A DNA stretch of 64,000 nt, from NCBI GenBank assembly GCA_963828735.1, contig CAWHFW010000005.1, forward strand, positions 576,001 to 640,000. The letters run 5' to 3'. How positions within the stretch are numbered: position 1 is the stretch's first letter; each line of letters opens with the position of its first letter. A model generated the notes under the pieces. It had not been told where the DNA came from and searched no databases. It worked only from the letters and a program-made list of their open reading frames with translations. Source of the stretch: an uncultured Gemmatimonadales bacterium. Lineage in GTDB: Bacteria > Gemmatimonadota > Gemmatimonadetes > Gemmatimonadales > GWC2-71-9. Below are positions 12,318-22,768 of the stretch, piece by piece. A program made the position numbers and the translations under genes.

Positions 12318-12710
12318 ATGCGACATTTCGTCGTCTACCACAATCCGGACGTCATGCCATACCCAGCCGATCACGTAAGCGAACTGTCGGTCTATTCGAA
12401 CAAGGTCGTCTCCGACCTACGAGGAGACCGCATTTGGCTGCTGACGGGCTCGGAGAGGCCACGTAAGTTCTTTCTAGTCAGCACGTTCCTCGTTGATGAC
12501 GTCGACACTTCGGGCCGTGAGGGTTTCCAGCTCAAAGCCTTAGGAACCAAGGGCCGCATCTTCAAGCCTTTTCCGAGGCTGGACGAGCTCCCTTGGTTCG
12601 ACGAACTGAAGCGGGCCCAAGGCAACTTCGCGTTCGGCTTGCAGCCCATCACGCAGCCAGAAGTCCTGACTGGTCTGACTCACGTCGCCGAGGAGGCTGG
12701 GGGGTTGTAA
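12318..12710 (+). CDS. Hypothetical protein, possibly PUA/EVE-like domain
   Basis: Clean 130-aa ORF (FVVYHN...GDRIWLL...FAFGLQPI) with AGGA upstream. The fold assignment is inference. Confidence 0.55.
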   Translation: MRHFVVYHNPDVMPYPADHVSELSVYSNKVVSDLRGDRIWLLTGSERPRKFFLVSTFLVDDVDTSGREGFQLKALGTKGRIFKPFPRLDELPWFDELKRAQGNFAFGLQPITQPEVLTGLTHVAEEAGGL

Positions 12711-12847
12711 AGCAGAGGAAGGAAGCGTCGTGCCGGCGCATGCATGGGGCCACGCACAATTTGGCGGCCGGGCTGCTCACCGCCTGACACTCCTCTCAGA
12801 CGGCGGCAAGATTTGCAAGCGAGAGATCAAGACCAGCAGAATCGCTG

Positions 12848-13123
12848 ATGCGCCTCATCTCTTGGAACCTGGCCGGTCGTGGCGCTAAGGCCCGCGAGCA
12901 CAGTTCGGCGCTGGCAGCCCGGCGTCCAGATCTTGTCGCGCTGCAAGAAGTTCTGCCTTCATCGGTATCCAGCCTCCAAGATGCGCTGGCGCAGATCGGG
13001 CTCCATCACAGTATCGTGAGCCCTCGCCGGCATACTCACCAGGTGACCGTCAGCCGCCACCCGGTCGCCAAGTTGCGAAGCTCTAATGCCCGAACCAAGA
13101 GCCCGCTGAGGGGCAAGCATTGA
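12848..13123 (+). pseudogene. N-terminal fragment of an exonuclease/endonuclease/phosphatase (EEP) family protein
   Basis: MRLISWNL...PDLVALQEV are EEP motifs; the similarity ends after about 60 aa. Confidence 0.65.
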
Positions 13124-13599
13124 CCACTACGCGCCCCTGGATTGCTCCACCCACCACCCCGCCGCTTCCTTCGCCGCGTGTGTGAGCATTGCCGTGAGAA
13201 GTATGGCCATAGCATCGCGCGTGAGCCCAGGCGGTACTGCACCAGAGCGTGCGAAAGCCCCGCAGTGGAGCAGCAGGCAATACCCCAAGCCGATCGAAGC
13301 CCCAACGCGCCTAGCGTCACTGCGTAACACAACTGACTCCGCCAAGGGAGCGCTAGCCTCTCACTAACTCTAGGCGGGCCCTTTTCTTGCTCCACTCGCT
13401 AGTCCTCACACGGAATCATTGGCGGAGCGCACCGGCTTTCCCGTTGGGGAACCAATGCGGAGGGTGTGAGGGAGATGTTGACGGTCCCGTTGAGGCTGCA
13501 ACGTTAGCCTAGCGGGAGCGAGGCTGTCCTTCATCTGCGTACCATCAGCAGGGTAAGAGGGGCAGGTAACTGTACTCACCGAGCAGGTGGAGCCCTAAG

Positions 13600-13836
13600 A
13601 TGCGCCTTCCACGCCTCCGGGACCTTTCGGAGATCGCTGTAGGTCTGGTGTTCATTGCCCTCATCGTGCTCGGCAGCTTGTTACTAGTTGTGATAGGTGC
13701 ACTCGCGCTGCAAATCTTCTTGGGGCTAGTGGTTGTGTTCGGTCTAATCGCACTTGTCGTCGACATTGCTAAGGAAGCAGTGAAACCCTTCCGCAAGCGG
13801 CGCAAATGTAATGGTTCGCATGGTCCACTGCAGTAG
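13600..13836 (+). CDS. Small membrane protein (about 2 TM)
   Basis: Long hydrophobic stretch, basic tail, GGAG RBS. Confidence 0.5.
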   Translation: MRLPRLRDLSEIAVGLVFIALIVLGSLLLVVIGALALQIFLGLVVVFGLIALVVDIAKEAVKPFRKRRKCNGSHGPLQ

Positions 13837-14492
13837 GGGTGTTTGCGCTCCCGCGCGCCAAGCTCTGTCGTCCTGCCCTTCCCTTCGCGTTCTCCCTCAA
13901 CCCTCCCACATGGCCTCATTGGCAAGGCGCACTGACTTTCCTCTGAGTTGACCCAATGTGGGCTCACCACTGAGGAGCCGGACTGTGCTGCGGAATGAAG
14001 GCTACTAGATCATCCCTACACACTGGAATGGGGATCATGCCTCAGGCGCGCCTGCCAACGCTCGCATGCACGGTAGACATAGAGCAGAGGTGCATTCATG
14101 AGAAGGATCACCGCTGTGTTGCCCAAGAGTGCCGCCCGCCAAGGCAAGTGCCCGGCGAACCAAGCCATGCTCATGATCCAGAGGACGAACGCCACCAGGG
14201 CGCACGGGTGGGCAACAAACCAGAGAGGCGCGTTCATACGCACTTGCCGCAGTACCCTCTGTATGTTGGACACCGACGCTCTCCTAGTTGCTGACAGCTT
14301 GCAGATTGCCACGCAATATGTTTGCGGGCGGGGCCGAGAATGCCAATAAGCTTTCGTCCCCGGGGGGAACCGTCTGAGAAGCAAGAGCCAAGCCAGGGAA
14401 CGCCAGCTATCGACCTCGGGCGTTGGAACGTACGGCATAGGGGGGCGATGCTGTGGGAAGGGACGTGGACTTAACCGACACGCGAAAGACTC

Positions 14493-15113
14493 TCAGCTAG
14501 GATGCGACTCCTCACAGGCTAGAAACTCAGCGATAGCTAGAGCGCGTTGACGCGAGCGAAAGCGCAGATGCTTCGTGAATAGGCAACGCACCGACTGGCT
14601 ATGAACTTCAATGTCCTGATACTCTATGTGGGCGCGAGCGCGGAAGTGGTCCTCAAAGTACTCTTGCGCGTCCCTGCCGTGAGCGACAATAGCTCTTGGC
14701 GTTAGGGCTTCTAGTATCAACTCCATGCACGCCGATACCCGTTGCGCGGTGGGCAACTCAGAGATGGTCCGCGATGCCGCAGGGAACACGTTCGTCTCAA
14801 GTATCCGGCACGTGGGCTTGTGGCCAAGAATCCACTCTATCATTTGGCGCGTGCGACTTACAAGTTCGATCTGTTCACCATTCTCGATGCGCTCCTGCCG
14901 CTCTCGCTTGTATTGGTCGAACCATCGAGCCCGCTGAAAACCCTCACCTGGCTGCCAGAAGTCCCAGAAGTCCGCCTTCATTTCAGTAGCGGGGTTCGCC
15001 CCCACGATCAGCGCCTGGCAATCGAGTGGCGACCCGTCACACACAAAGGGCCGCAGCGCTGCGGGCTGCCCGATCATTTCTAGCAGTCGAGCTTCGAAAG
15101 TTCGAAGGTCCAA
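14493..15113 (-). CDS. Uracil-DNA glycosylase superfamily-like protein
   Basis: ALIVGANP resembles UDG motif A; ILETN; PRAIVAHG; late H in TKHL. Starts 4 nt after the upstream gene's stop. Confidence 0.55.
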   Translation of the reverse strand: MDLRTFEARLLEMIGQPAALRPFVCDGSPLDCQALIVGANPATEMKADFWDFWQPGEGFQRARWFDQYKRERQERIENGEQIELVSRTRQMIEWILGHKPTCRILETNVFPAASRTISELPTAQRVSACMELILEALTPRAIVAHGRDAQEYFEDHFRARAHIEYQDIEVHSQSVRCLFTKHLRFRSRQRALAIAEFLACEESHPS

Positions 15114-15117
15114 GGGC

Positions 15118-15930
15118 CTACTCCTCGGCGTGTGCCGGCAAGTGCCGCAACATCTTCAGAAACGCATCCAACGCTTGCTGCACAAAGTCCTGCCTCTGCG
15201 TGTACTCAATGATGAACAGATAGATGGCTAGATTCCGAAAGACCCGTCTGGCCGTCTGTGTGAAGAATTCATCCTTCAGGTCCTGCACATCGGGAATTCC
15301 TTGCGACCCTGCATAGAGGAGGCGGTTCCTCTCGTTGGCGAGCTTCCGTATGTGCGCGAGGATGGTCTTTGCCTTTTGCCGTGAGGCGAGCTGCTGTAGC
15401 TCAGCGGGAAAATCGTGCTGCACCCCGGCGAGTCTCACGACGCCGTGCAACGGCGGCTCAGGCATAATCGCATACTTCTGGCCGTTGGCGTCGCAGGCTG
15501 CTAACCGCAGTACAATGCGCGGCAGCTTCGATGTAGGCTTTCGCAAGATCACTGTCGGCTCAAAGGCCATCATGCCTACTAGCCCATGCTCCAAGGCAGC
15601 AAGGAAGGGCACCATTGCAGCCTTATGCAAGTGCCGGTGATGGTCTAAGGTGGCAGCGCCTTTGTAGTGTCGTGCTTTGAGCGCATGAAATATGGCCGTC
15701 ACTGACTCCTCGTCACCTGTGATGCCACGAAAGACGGCCATTGCGGGATCGGCCTGCCGAAGCTCCCAGCCCCTCTGAAGATGAACGATTGCGCTGCGAG
15801 CGGCGTGCTTACCCGGCGAGGGAGTTTTCTCGACAACCTGCCTGACCTTGTCTTGCCAGTCAGCTAGTGGGAGCGTGGCCATCTTTGCCTCGGCTTCGGG
15901 GTCGCGGATCAACGAGTCAATGTCCAGCAA
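15118..15930 (-). CDS. Helical protein with AbiV/HEPN-like motifs
   Basis: Motifs GDEES, HLHK and ERNRLLYA resemble the EE / HxxK / RNxxLY pattern of the AbiV family. Confidence 0.5.
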   Translation of the reverse strand: MLDIDSLIRDPEAEAKMATLPLADWQDKVRQVVEKTPSPGKHAARSAIVHLQRGWELRQADPAMAVFRGITGDEESVTAIFHALKARHYKGAATLDHHRHLHKAAMVPFLAALEHGLVGMMAFEPTVILRKPTSKLPRIVLRLAACDANGQKYAIMPEPPLHGVVRLAGVQHDFPAELQQLASRQKAKTILAHIRKLANERNRLLYAGSQGIPDVQDLKDEFFTQTARRVFRNLAIYLFIIEYTQRQDFVQQALDAFLKMLRHLPAHAEE

Positions 15931-16046
15931 GCTACCGCTTAGCTCCTGCGGCGAGGTTCCTGTGATTGGCTATCTGTACGATGGAGCGGGCTACTAGGGG
16001 GCCGTCCTCCGGCGAGGCCCCCGCCGCGCTTTGGCATGGCGGCGGA

Positions 16047-16080
16047 GGCTCGTGGACTTGGCTCGTGGACTTGGCTCGTG
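16047..16080 (+). repeat. 13-bp tandem repeat GGCTCGTGGACTT x2.6
   Basis: Seen directly, just after the GHKL gene stop and beside a CCGCCGC/GCGGCGG hairpin at 16021-16045. Confidence 0.85.
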
Positions 16081-16083
16081 TGA

Positions 16084-17736
16084 CTAGGCTGGCTGCAGCT
16101 TTCCTAGCTTTGTGCCAAGCTCTCGTTTCACCTGATTGTTGACGTGATAACGGGCAACGACTGCTGCGGTGAGGGCTTCCTCAGAGAGCGCATCCTCCAC
16201 ATCCTCAACGGTCCACTCTTTGGAGTCCTTCAAGGCTTGGACTCCAATGACCGTCTCAACTAGGGCCTGTGCAAACCACGCACGTACCGTGTCCCGAATC
16301 TGTTCCCGCGCGCCCGGCCTGTCTTTGTACACCTTGACCCAACGCTCGATCATATCGGTGAAAACCCGGAAGTCTCCATTGATTAGAAGGAGGTTCTGAT
16401 CGACATGAAAGCGGGCAGCCCGGTCCTCTATATCGCCAATCTCGCGGGTGCCGTCCAAGACGCTGACCCAATGGATTCTGGGGAATACATCCGGGCGCAC
16501 CTCCCTCGCGGCAACGCCATCTTTCTTTTGGAATACGGCGTATGCACCACCGGCGGTTCCTCCGCCTGCCGCGCCGGTTCGCGCACTACCACGCGGGGTG
16601 GACGGCTTCTCCCGCTCTTGTGGTTGCCCGCCTCGACTGCGGCGTGCGTCGTCTACGAGCACTTGGCCGGTTGGGGTAAGCCGATAGCGGCTCACCTTAT
16701 AAAGATCGAGGTGCTCCTTGAGCCGCTCACGGATTGCCTCGTTCTGATCTGATTCGTGAGCGCCCGCCGCAACGCTCTCAATTAGCGCCTCGATCTCAGC
16801 GGGCATGTGCTCCCGGAACTCAGCGGCCCACTCGGACCAAGGAAGCGGGAGGTTATTCAGGAGGAGTTCTGTCCTGGGAGTATTGGTAGTGAGGTGGACG
16901 CCGTTTGACGCCGAGGGCTCCACATAGATCACGACCCGCCTGTGTCCAGTCCAGATGCCGAATTGCTGCAGTCGAGCCGAGCCGGATCGGCCTGTGTGCA
17001 TTTCGTATAACTCGTCCCGGTACAATGCCGCAATGTGGCCAGACGATTCCAAGAAGCCAGAGTTCTGCGTTAGCGCCGTCTCATCCTTGAGAATCCACCA
17101 GTGTGCGGCCGCATTCTCTAGTGCTACTTGGCCAGAGCTCTCCGAATGTTGACTCAGGTATTCAGCTTGCCCTACGACTCGCCGCAGGAGGTTGCGATCC
17201 TTGTCGGAGCGTGGGAACTCCCAACCCTCACGCGCGCGGATCGCAATCTCGCTCGGGATCTTGAAGTACCTCGTGTTCAGATACTTGGCTACCCACCGTG
17301 ATGGCGAGGCCGCGCTTTCCGGCGCTTGCATCGTGTTCGCGGAATCATCGCTGCCATATAGGATGATCTTCGTGCCGCTGCCGCTGATTGTCTCTGGCTT
17401 CACAGCATCTTCTACGTCAGTGAAGTGACCGAAGGTGCCGTCAGGGCGCTCAAACTGGCGTAGTCCATACTGGCCGGTCCTTGGGTCACGCCAGAGATGG
17501 ATCATCGCACCTTCACCGTTCTTCCAAGAGAGATAGATCAGGCCCGCGTGGTTTCTGGTGGCGGCGGCAATCTTGGCTCCGACACCATAGTTGCCCGCGA
17601 GGTCTTGTGGGCTCAGCGAGGAGGAAAGCTGGTTGATGTACTTGACCATCTCGGGGCCGGTCATCCCGTCACCGTTATCGGCTATGCTGAGCTTGTAGAC
17701 GCCTTCAAGGTCGTACTCGATCGAATCCACATCCCA
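16084..17736 (-). pseudogene. GHKL (MORC/Hsp90-like) ATPase, 5'-truncated
   Basis: DNGDGM (motif II), NYGVGAKIA (motif III) and GTKI (motif IV) are present. The ExxxN motif I is absent. Confidence 0.7.
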
Positions 17737-18571
17737 GGCTCCCCAGAAGAACAAGGACGGCAGGACGCAGCGCTATTGGACTGCGATGACGAGTGTCCGT
17801 GAAGGCGATGTGATCCTCTGTTTCGTTAAACAGCACGTTGCCGCGATTGCCGTGGCGAACGGGCTTGCTTACACCAGCGATAGACCGTTTAAATCCAAGG
17901 AAGGAGCGGTGTGGGAGAAGGTTGGCTGGCGGGTCGACGCGACCTACGAGCCGGTTTCGCCTCGAATTCCAATACCACCACTCGCCAAACGATTGGGGGA
18001 GGTTCTACCCGCCAGGTACAGCCCGCTCACGCGGTATGGGAAGGGGGTACAGGGGTATCTATTCCATCTGCCAGATGCCGCTGCCAACCTCATCCTTGGG
18101 CGGTCAGGCATCTCCGAGAATCCGGCGGTTGACCCTATTGCTGATGCAGTGACGAGACTTCCACTCGACGCAACCACAAAGAAGGCGTTAGTAGACAGCC
18201 GGATCGGCCAGGGGCGGTTCAGGCAGGATCTTCTCAAGGCTTGGGATAACCGCTGCGCAGTGACTGGGCTGGCCCTGCCAGCGTTGCTCCGCGCGTCTCA
18301 CATTAAGGCCGTGGCGGGCGGGGAACAATGAGGAACGACTCGACGTCAACAACGGCCTGTTGCTGTCGCCCTCTTACGACGCCGCTTTCGACGCCGGACT
18401 CGTCTCCTTCGACGACACTGGAAGACTCTTGGCCTCCCCCTCTCTAGATGCGTCGACCTTGCGAATCCTGGGTGTAGACCGCCATGCGACGCTCCGGTTC
18501 GTCAAAAAGGGACATCGGCCGTACCTGAGCATACGCATCGCCAGGAGATCTTCGAGGTCGCCGGGACGTGA
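17737..18571 (+). pseudogene. HNH endonuclease with N-terminal PUA/EVE-like region; 5'-truncated and frameshifted
   Basis: APQKNKDG...VREGDVILCF; RIGQGRFRQ...CAVTG...LRASHIK; frameshift near 18310; RLDVNNGLLLSPSYDAAFDAGLVSF; ends HRQEIFEVAGT*. Confidence 0.75.
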
Positions 18572-18815
18572 GGCTGCGAGCTGGGGGCCCAAGATTCAGC
18601 TTCGGCCTCGGCGGGATTGCCTGACGGTCACCCGCCTCAGTGGTCCCAGACGTCATACGGCTCGCGCTCACCCGGCGCGGGCCGCTCGACTAACGCCCCG
18701 AAAAAGACCAACGCGAGCGGCGCCGCCAGGGGGCTGCGCCGGTCTTCAGACCCTCCAGCCACACGCTCCTCCGCCGGAAAGACCCACGCAAGCATCAGAG
18801 ACGCCAATGTAACGA

Positions 18816-19499
18816 TCACCTACCGCGACTTCTTGAAGCGCCGGCGAGGACACGGCGAACGGCCTCATGGCTCACGCTCACTCCATGTCGCTCTTGGACG
18901 GTCTCCGCGATTTTCCTGAGGCTTGCCTTGCCCTTGAGTGCGAGCATTGTGCGGATGGCCGCCTGCTGCTTTGGTACGGAGGTCAAATGCGCTTCCTTAC
19001 CAGTGCCCTCGACACGATAGCCGAATGGTGCCGAGCCGCCGATGTGTCCGCCGCGAACGGCCTTGGCCTGCCGGCCCTCGTTTGTGCGCTCGAGGATGCG
19101 CTCCCGTTCAAATTCCGCCACCAGCGCTAACATCCCGAAAAACAGCTTCGCCACGCCGTTGTCCGTGACCGGATCCGGTCCCATGTCGGCGACGATCAGC
19201 CTGACACCCCCGCGCTTCCAAACATCTGCCTTGGCGAGAGCATCTGCGGCATTTCGGAATGCGCGGTCGAGCTTCGCGACTATCAGCGTGTCATGCCGCC
19301 GAAGGGTACCATAGAGCTCGCGGCCGGAGGGGCGGTCCTCGAGGGGCAGCGAGCCAGAGACGCCAGGTTCGTGGAAGACCCGGGCGACCTCAAGCCCCTT
19401 CATCAGCGCAACGCCGTGGATCTTGCGTTGCTGCTCCTCCAGGCTGGTTCCACTGGCCTGTTCGACCGTTGAGACCCGCACGTACCCGTAGGTAGGCAT
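18816..19499 (-). CDS. Serine recombinase (resolvase family)
   Basis: YGYVRVST (catalytic Ser), VSGS, RP, VAKLDRAFR, AEFERERILER, APFGY. Confidence 0.9.
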   Translation of the reverse strand: MPTYGYVRVSTVEQASGTSLEEQQRKIHGVALMKGLEVARVFHEPGVSGSLPLEDRPSGRELYGTLRRHDTLIVAKLDRAFRNAADALAKADVWKRGGVRLIVADMGPDPVTDNGVAKLFFGMLALVAEFERERILERTNEGRQAKAVRGGHIGGSAPFGYRVEGTGKEAHLTSVPKQQAAIRTMLALKGKASLRKIAETVQERHGVSVSHEAVRRVLAGASRSRGR

Positions 19500-19574
19500 A
19501 GCTCAGATCGCCGTGAATATTTTTTTAGAGCCGGAGTCCGGTCGAATCATATTTTTTCGAGGCCGATACCAGGC

Positions 19575-19692
19575 CTTCGCTCCACCCACCCCGGCTTCGG
19601 ATTTGAGGGGGGGGTCGAGCAAGTACACCCGCGGGACTTCGCTCCGCCCACCCCCGGTTTCGGATTTGAGACCGGTCGACCAGTACGCCCGC
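19575..19692 (+). repeat. Imperfect ~57-bp tandem direct repeat upstream of the serine recombinase
   Basis: CTTCGCTCCRCCCACCCC(C)GGYTTCGGATTTGAG...GTCGA..AGTACRCCCGC occurs at 19575-19632 and 19637-19692. Confidence 0.8.
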
Positions 19693-20293
19693 TTCCGCGC
19701 GGCCCCGCACAGGCCTCGGGCGCTCCAATATGAGCCGGCAGCGTTACCTGTCAAGCTGCCGTAAGAGCCTGACAGATGGTCGTTCTCAACAAGCACGGGC
19801 GGTTTGTTTAACGTCTGATATGCAAGCGACTTAGACATCGCGCGCGAGGCCCAGGGGGACCCTGACTCCTCGACGACTAGGGCGTCAACAACGCCCTGCC
19901 TGCCAGCGTCTCACGCGCGTGCGCGCGCAGTGCGCCGCACGCCCTAGAACCCCGGCTCGATCTCCTGAGCGGACCCGTCGTCACCCGCTACGGCAGCGAA
20001 ACTTTCGAGCTCACCGGGTGTGAGAGCGAAAGGCGCCGCTAACGCAGCTCGTGACGATGCCGTGGCCGGACGCTACGGCCCTGTGCGATCGGACATCCAG
20101 GCTTCGCGCCGGATCTCTCGACCCAGGGACTCGAGGGCCTACGCCGGGCGCTCGACAACGGCGTGGCCCTCCCTGCAGCTATTCTTGGGGCGGGGTTGGT
20201 GGGGTCGAAGAAGAAGAAGAGTCTGTGGGACGAGGTGACCGAGTAAACGCTCGGAGCTCTCCCTTGCCGTAGAATTCGGCCTCTTCCGCCGCC

Positions 20294-21127
20294 GTGAGCT
20301 CAGTACCCTCAGTCTCTCGCCCGGACGAGCTAACCGGCCGCTTCAATGCGCATCAGAAGGGGCGACTCCTACTTCAAGTCGAGGAGGGATTCTGGGCTGG
20401 AGACAAGAAGGCCGAAGGTGCCTTGAAGCATATGATCACATCGGAGACTGTCCGCATTGAGCCGAAGTTTGTCGACTCCTTCGAAATTCCGAACTACGCC
20501 CGGCTCCTCGTTACGTCGAACAAGGAGTGGGTAGTCCCGGCCGGGCTTGGTGAAAGGCGATTCGCCGTTCTCGATGTCAGCGATGCGCGGGCAAACGACC
20601 TCTCATACTTCGCTGCGTTGCGCCACCAAATGTTCCACGAGGGTGGCAGCGCGCGGTTCCTCAAGTTCCTTCTGACCGAAGTAGCGGTCGATTACGGTGT
20701 GATTCGGCGTCCTCCAGCGACCGCAGCTCTCCTCGAGCAGCAGCTCGAAAGTCTTGATCCCGAAGACCGCTGGCTTATGGACCTGCTAGCACGGGGCGAG
20801 CTCCCAGACGATGACGATGAAGGGTGGACAACAAAGTCTGCACTGTTTCAGGACTTCCGGCAGTTCATGCAGAGCGGTGGCCGTGGGATGCGAGCCAGCG
20901 AGGTCTTCCTCGGAAGGCACCTCAGCAAGCGCCTCGGGTCAGCCGTGCGAAGTGACCGCATCACCCGCGAAAATATCCAAGGGCAGCGACCCTGGATCTA
21001 TAGCTTCACTCGGCTGTCGGAATGCCGTACAGCATTCGCAGAAAAGCTCGCGCTCAGTCCTGAATGGCCGGAGATCGACGGCTGGCAGCGACCTCCTTCT
21101 TTGGAATCGCTGCGGGTGCTCCCATGA
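20294..21127 (+). pseudogene. C-terminal half of an SF3 primase-associated helicase (DUF5906/NrS-1-like)
   Basis: GRFN, Walker B VEE, LKHMIT, LVTSN and ERRF are present. Walker A and the primase domain are missing. Confidence 0.75.
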
Positions 21128-21543
21128 GCGCGCCTACCACCAGGGGCTCACACTTTGCCCCGCAAGTCAGTAGGCTCGACCTCTCGACGCAGTGGCGAGT
21201 TCACGCAAAGACCCTCCGCTCATTCGGAGCAACGAGTCAGGCAGAAGCTGTCGAGCGGTGCGCGTTTGACCTCGAGAATGCAATTGCCACCGAAGACGGC
21301 GAGCTGCTCACTCTTCAGCGCGCGGCTCAGCTTTCGGGCTACAGCCCCGATCATCTGGGTCGGCTCGTTCGCCAAGGCGCAATTCGTAACCTGGGACGCC
21401 CGAGATCTCCCCGCGTTCGTCGCGGGGACCTTCCAGCGAAGGCGGGAGCCTTGCCTCGACAGAATGTAAGCCTGCATCTTCTCGGGGCAGACCCTCGGCA
21501 GGTGGCGAGGGCCGTCGTAACCTCCCAAAAGGGGGAACGATGA
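21124..21543 (+). CDS. HTH DNA-binding / excisionase-like protein
   Basis: LLTLQRAAQLSGYSPDHLGRLVRQGAI; ATGA overlaps with both neighbours. Confidence 0.75.
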   Translation: MSAPTTRGSHFAPQVSRLDLSTQWRVHAKTLRSFGATSQAEAVERCAFDLENAIATEDGELLTLQRAAQLSGYSPDHLGRLVRQGAIRNLGRPRSPRVRRGDLPAKAGALPRQNVSLHLLGADPRQVARAVVTSQKGER

Positions 21544-22683
21544 GCCATCGCAAGCAGAGGGAAACGCCGTCCTACGTCACCGGTGAGAAGGGCAAGAACC
21601 GCGTCCGGGTATTCACCGACCCGCGCACGGGGAAGGTCTACCTCGAGTACCGAGACGGGCAGGGGCGGAAGGCGCGCACGGCATGTGGGCACCGCGACTT
21701 CGCGAGCGCCAAGGCGCAAGCGGATCAACTGGCGGCCCAGCTTCGCCGCCCCGACCGAGGCAGGTCGGGGCGATCGCGCTCGCCGAGCTCTTTGACAACT
21801 ACTTGCGTGAGGTAACCCCGACCAAAGGCGTCTCGAAGCAAGCGCACGACCGCCGAACCGCCGTGTTGGTGCTCGATATTCTGGGGCCGGCTCGGCGGGC
21901 AGAGGAGCTCACCCACCGCGATGCTGCCGGGTTTGTGGCCGAGCGGCGGAGGCGAGGAGATCGTCGGTCTGGGGCACGGCGTGGACAGCCGCTCCGGGCT
22001 CGTGCGTTGCAGTACGACATATCGTGGCTCAAAGCCGTCCTGGCTTGGGCCGTCGGCGCAGGTCTCCTCGATCGAAACCCGCTGCGTAGGCTACTCGCCT
22101 CCCACAGAATCGTCGCCCCGGCGGCCGATCGTAACAGCCTCAGAGTATGAGGCGCTCCTCGCGGTGAGTGACACGATTCATCCACTCTTCCGCCTGGCGC
22201 TCATCATAGTCCACGAAACGGGCCATCGGATCGGAGCGGTACGGCTGCTGCGCTGGACCGACATCGACTTCGAGCATCAGGTGGTGCGGTGGCGCGGGGA
22301 GAACGACAAGATCGGATATGAGCACGAGACGTGGCTTACACCCGGCGCGGTTGAGGCCCTCCAGGCCGCCCGGCGATTCGCAAGCCGTGATTAGCGAGTG
22401 GGTCTTTCCGGCCCCCTCGGACCTAGCGAAGCCACTTTCGCGGCACCTGCTTCGGGACTGGTGGGACCGGGCGCAGGCGCAGGCCAAGTTGCCGGCCGAG
22501 CCCGGACGTGGCTGGCACAGTCTCCGTCGGCAGTTTGCGACGGAGATGAAGCACGCGCCACTCAGGGATCTCTGTGCACTCGGAGGCTGGAAGAGTCCCC
22601 AGACGGTCTTGACCTGCTACCAGCGGGCCGACTCGGCATCGATGCAGCAGGCTCTAGCAGCACGGCGACGGTTCGAAGCCTGA
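21540..22683 (+). CDS. Tyrosine integrase, about 3 frameshifts
   Basis: N-terminal arm-binding region; ETGHRIGAVRLLRWTDID, DKIG, WHSLRR, GGWKS...CYQ catalytic motifs across ORFs 21540, 21683, 21921 and 22318. Confidence 0.88.
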
Positions 22684-22687
22684 GCAC

Positions 22688-22711
22688 CAACGGACAACAC
22701 AACGGACAACA
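22688..22711 (+). repeat. 12-bp tandem repeat CAACGGACAACA x2, putative integrase arm-type sites
   Basis: Exact duplication between the integrase stop and the tRNA. Confidence 0.7.
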
Positions 22712-22725
22712 TGGAGGTCAAGGAT

Positions 22726-22768
22726 CACAAAAATGACAACCCCGCGAGCGCCGAAACGCTCGCGGGGT
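22726..22768 (-). terminator. Intrinsic terminator downstream of tRNA-Ile
   Basis: 12-bp stem ACCCCGCGAGCG/CGCTCGCGGGGT (22739-22768) followed by a T-rich tract on the minus strand. Confidence 0.75.

Noticed and set aside
13142..13327. Small Cys-rich ORF (CEHC...YCTRAC)
   Set aside because: Short, weak start, no supporting context.
14016..14438. Possible small membrane ORF
   Set aside because: Only a hydrophobic patch; start and coding status are unsupported.
18816..19499. IS607 TnpA interpretation of the serine recombinase
   Set aside because: No N-terminal HTH and no tnpB downstream.
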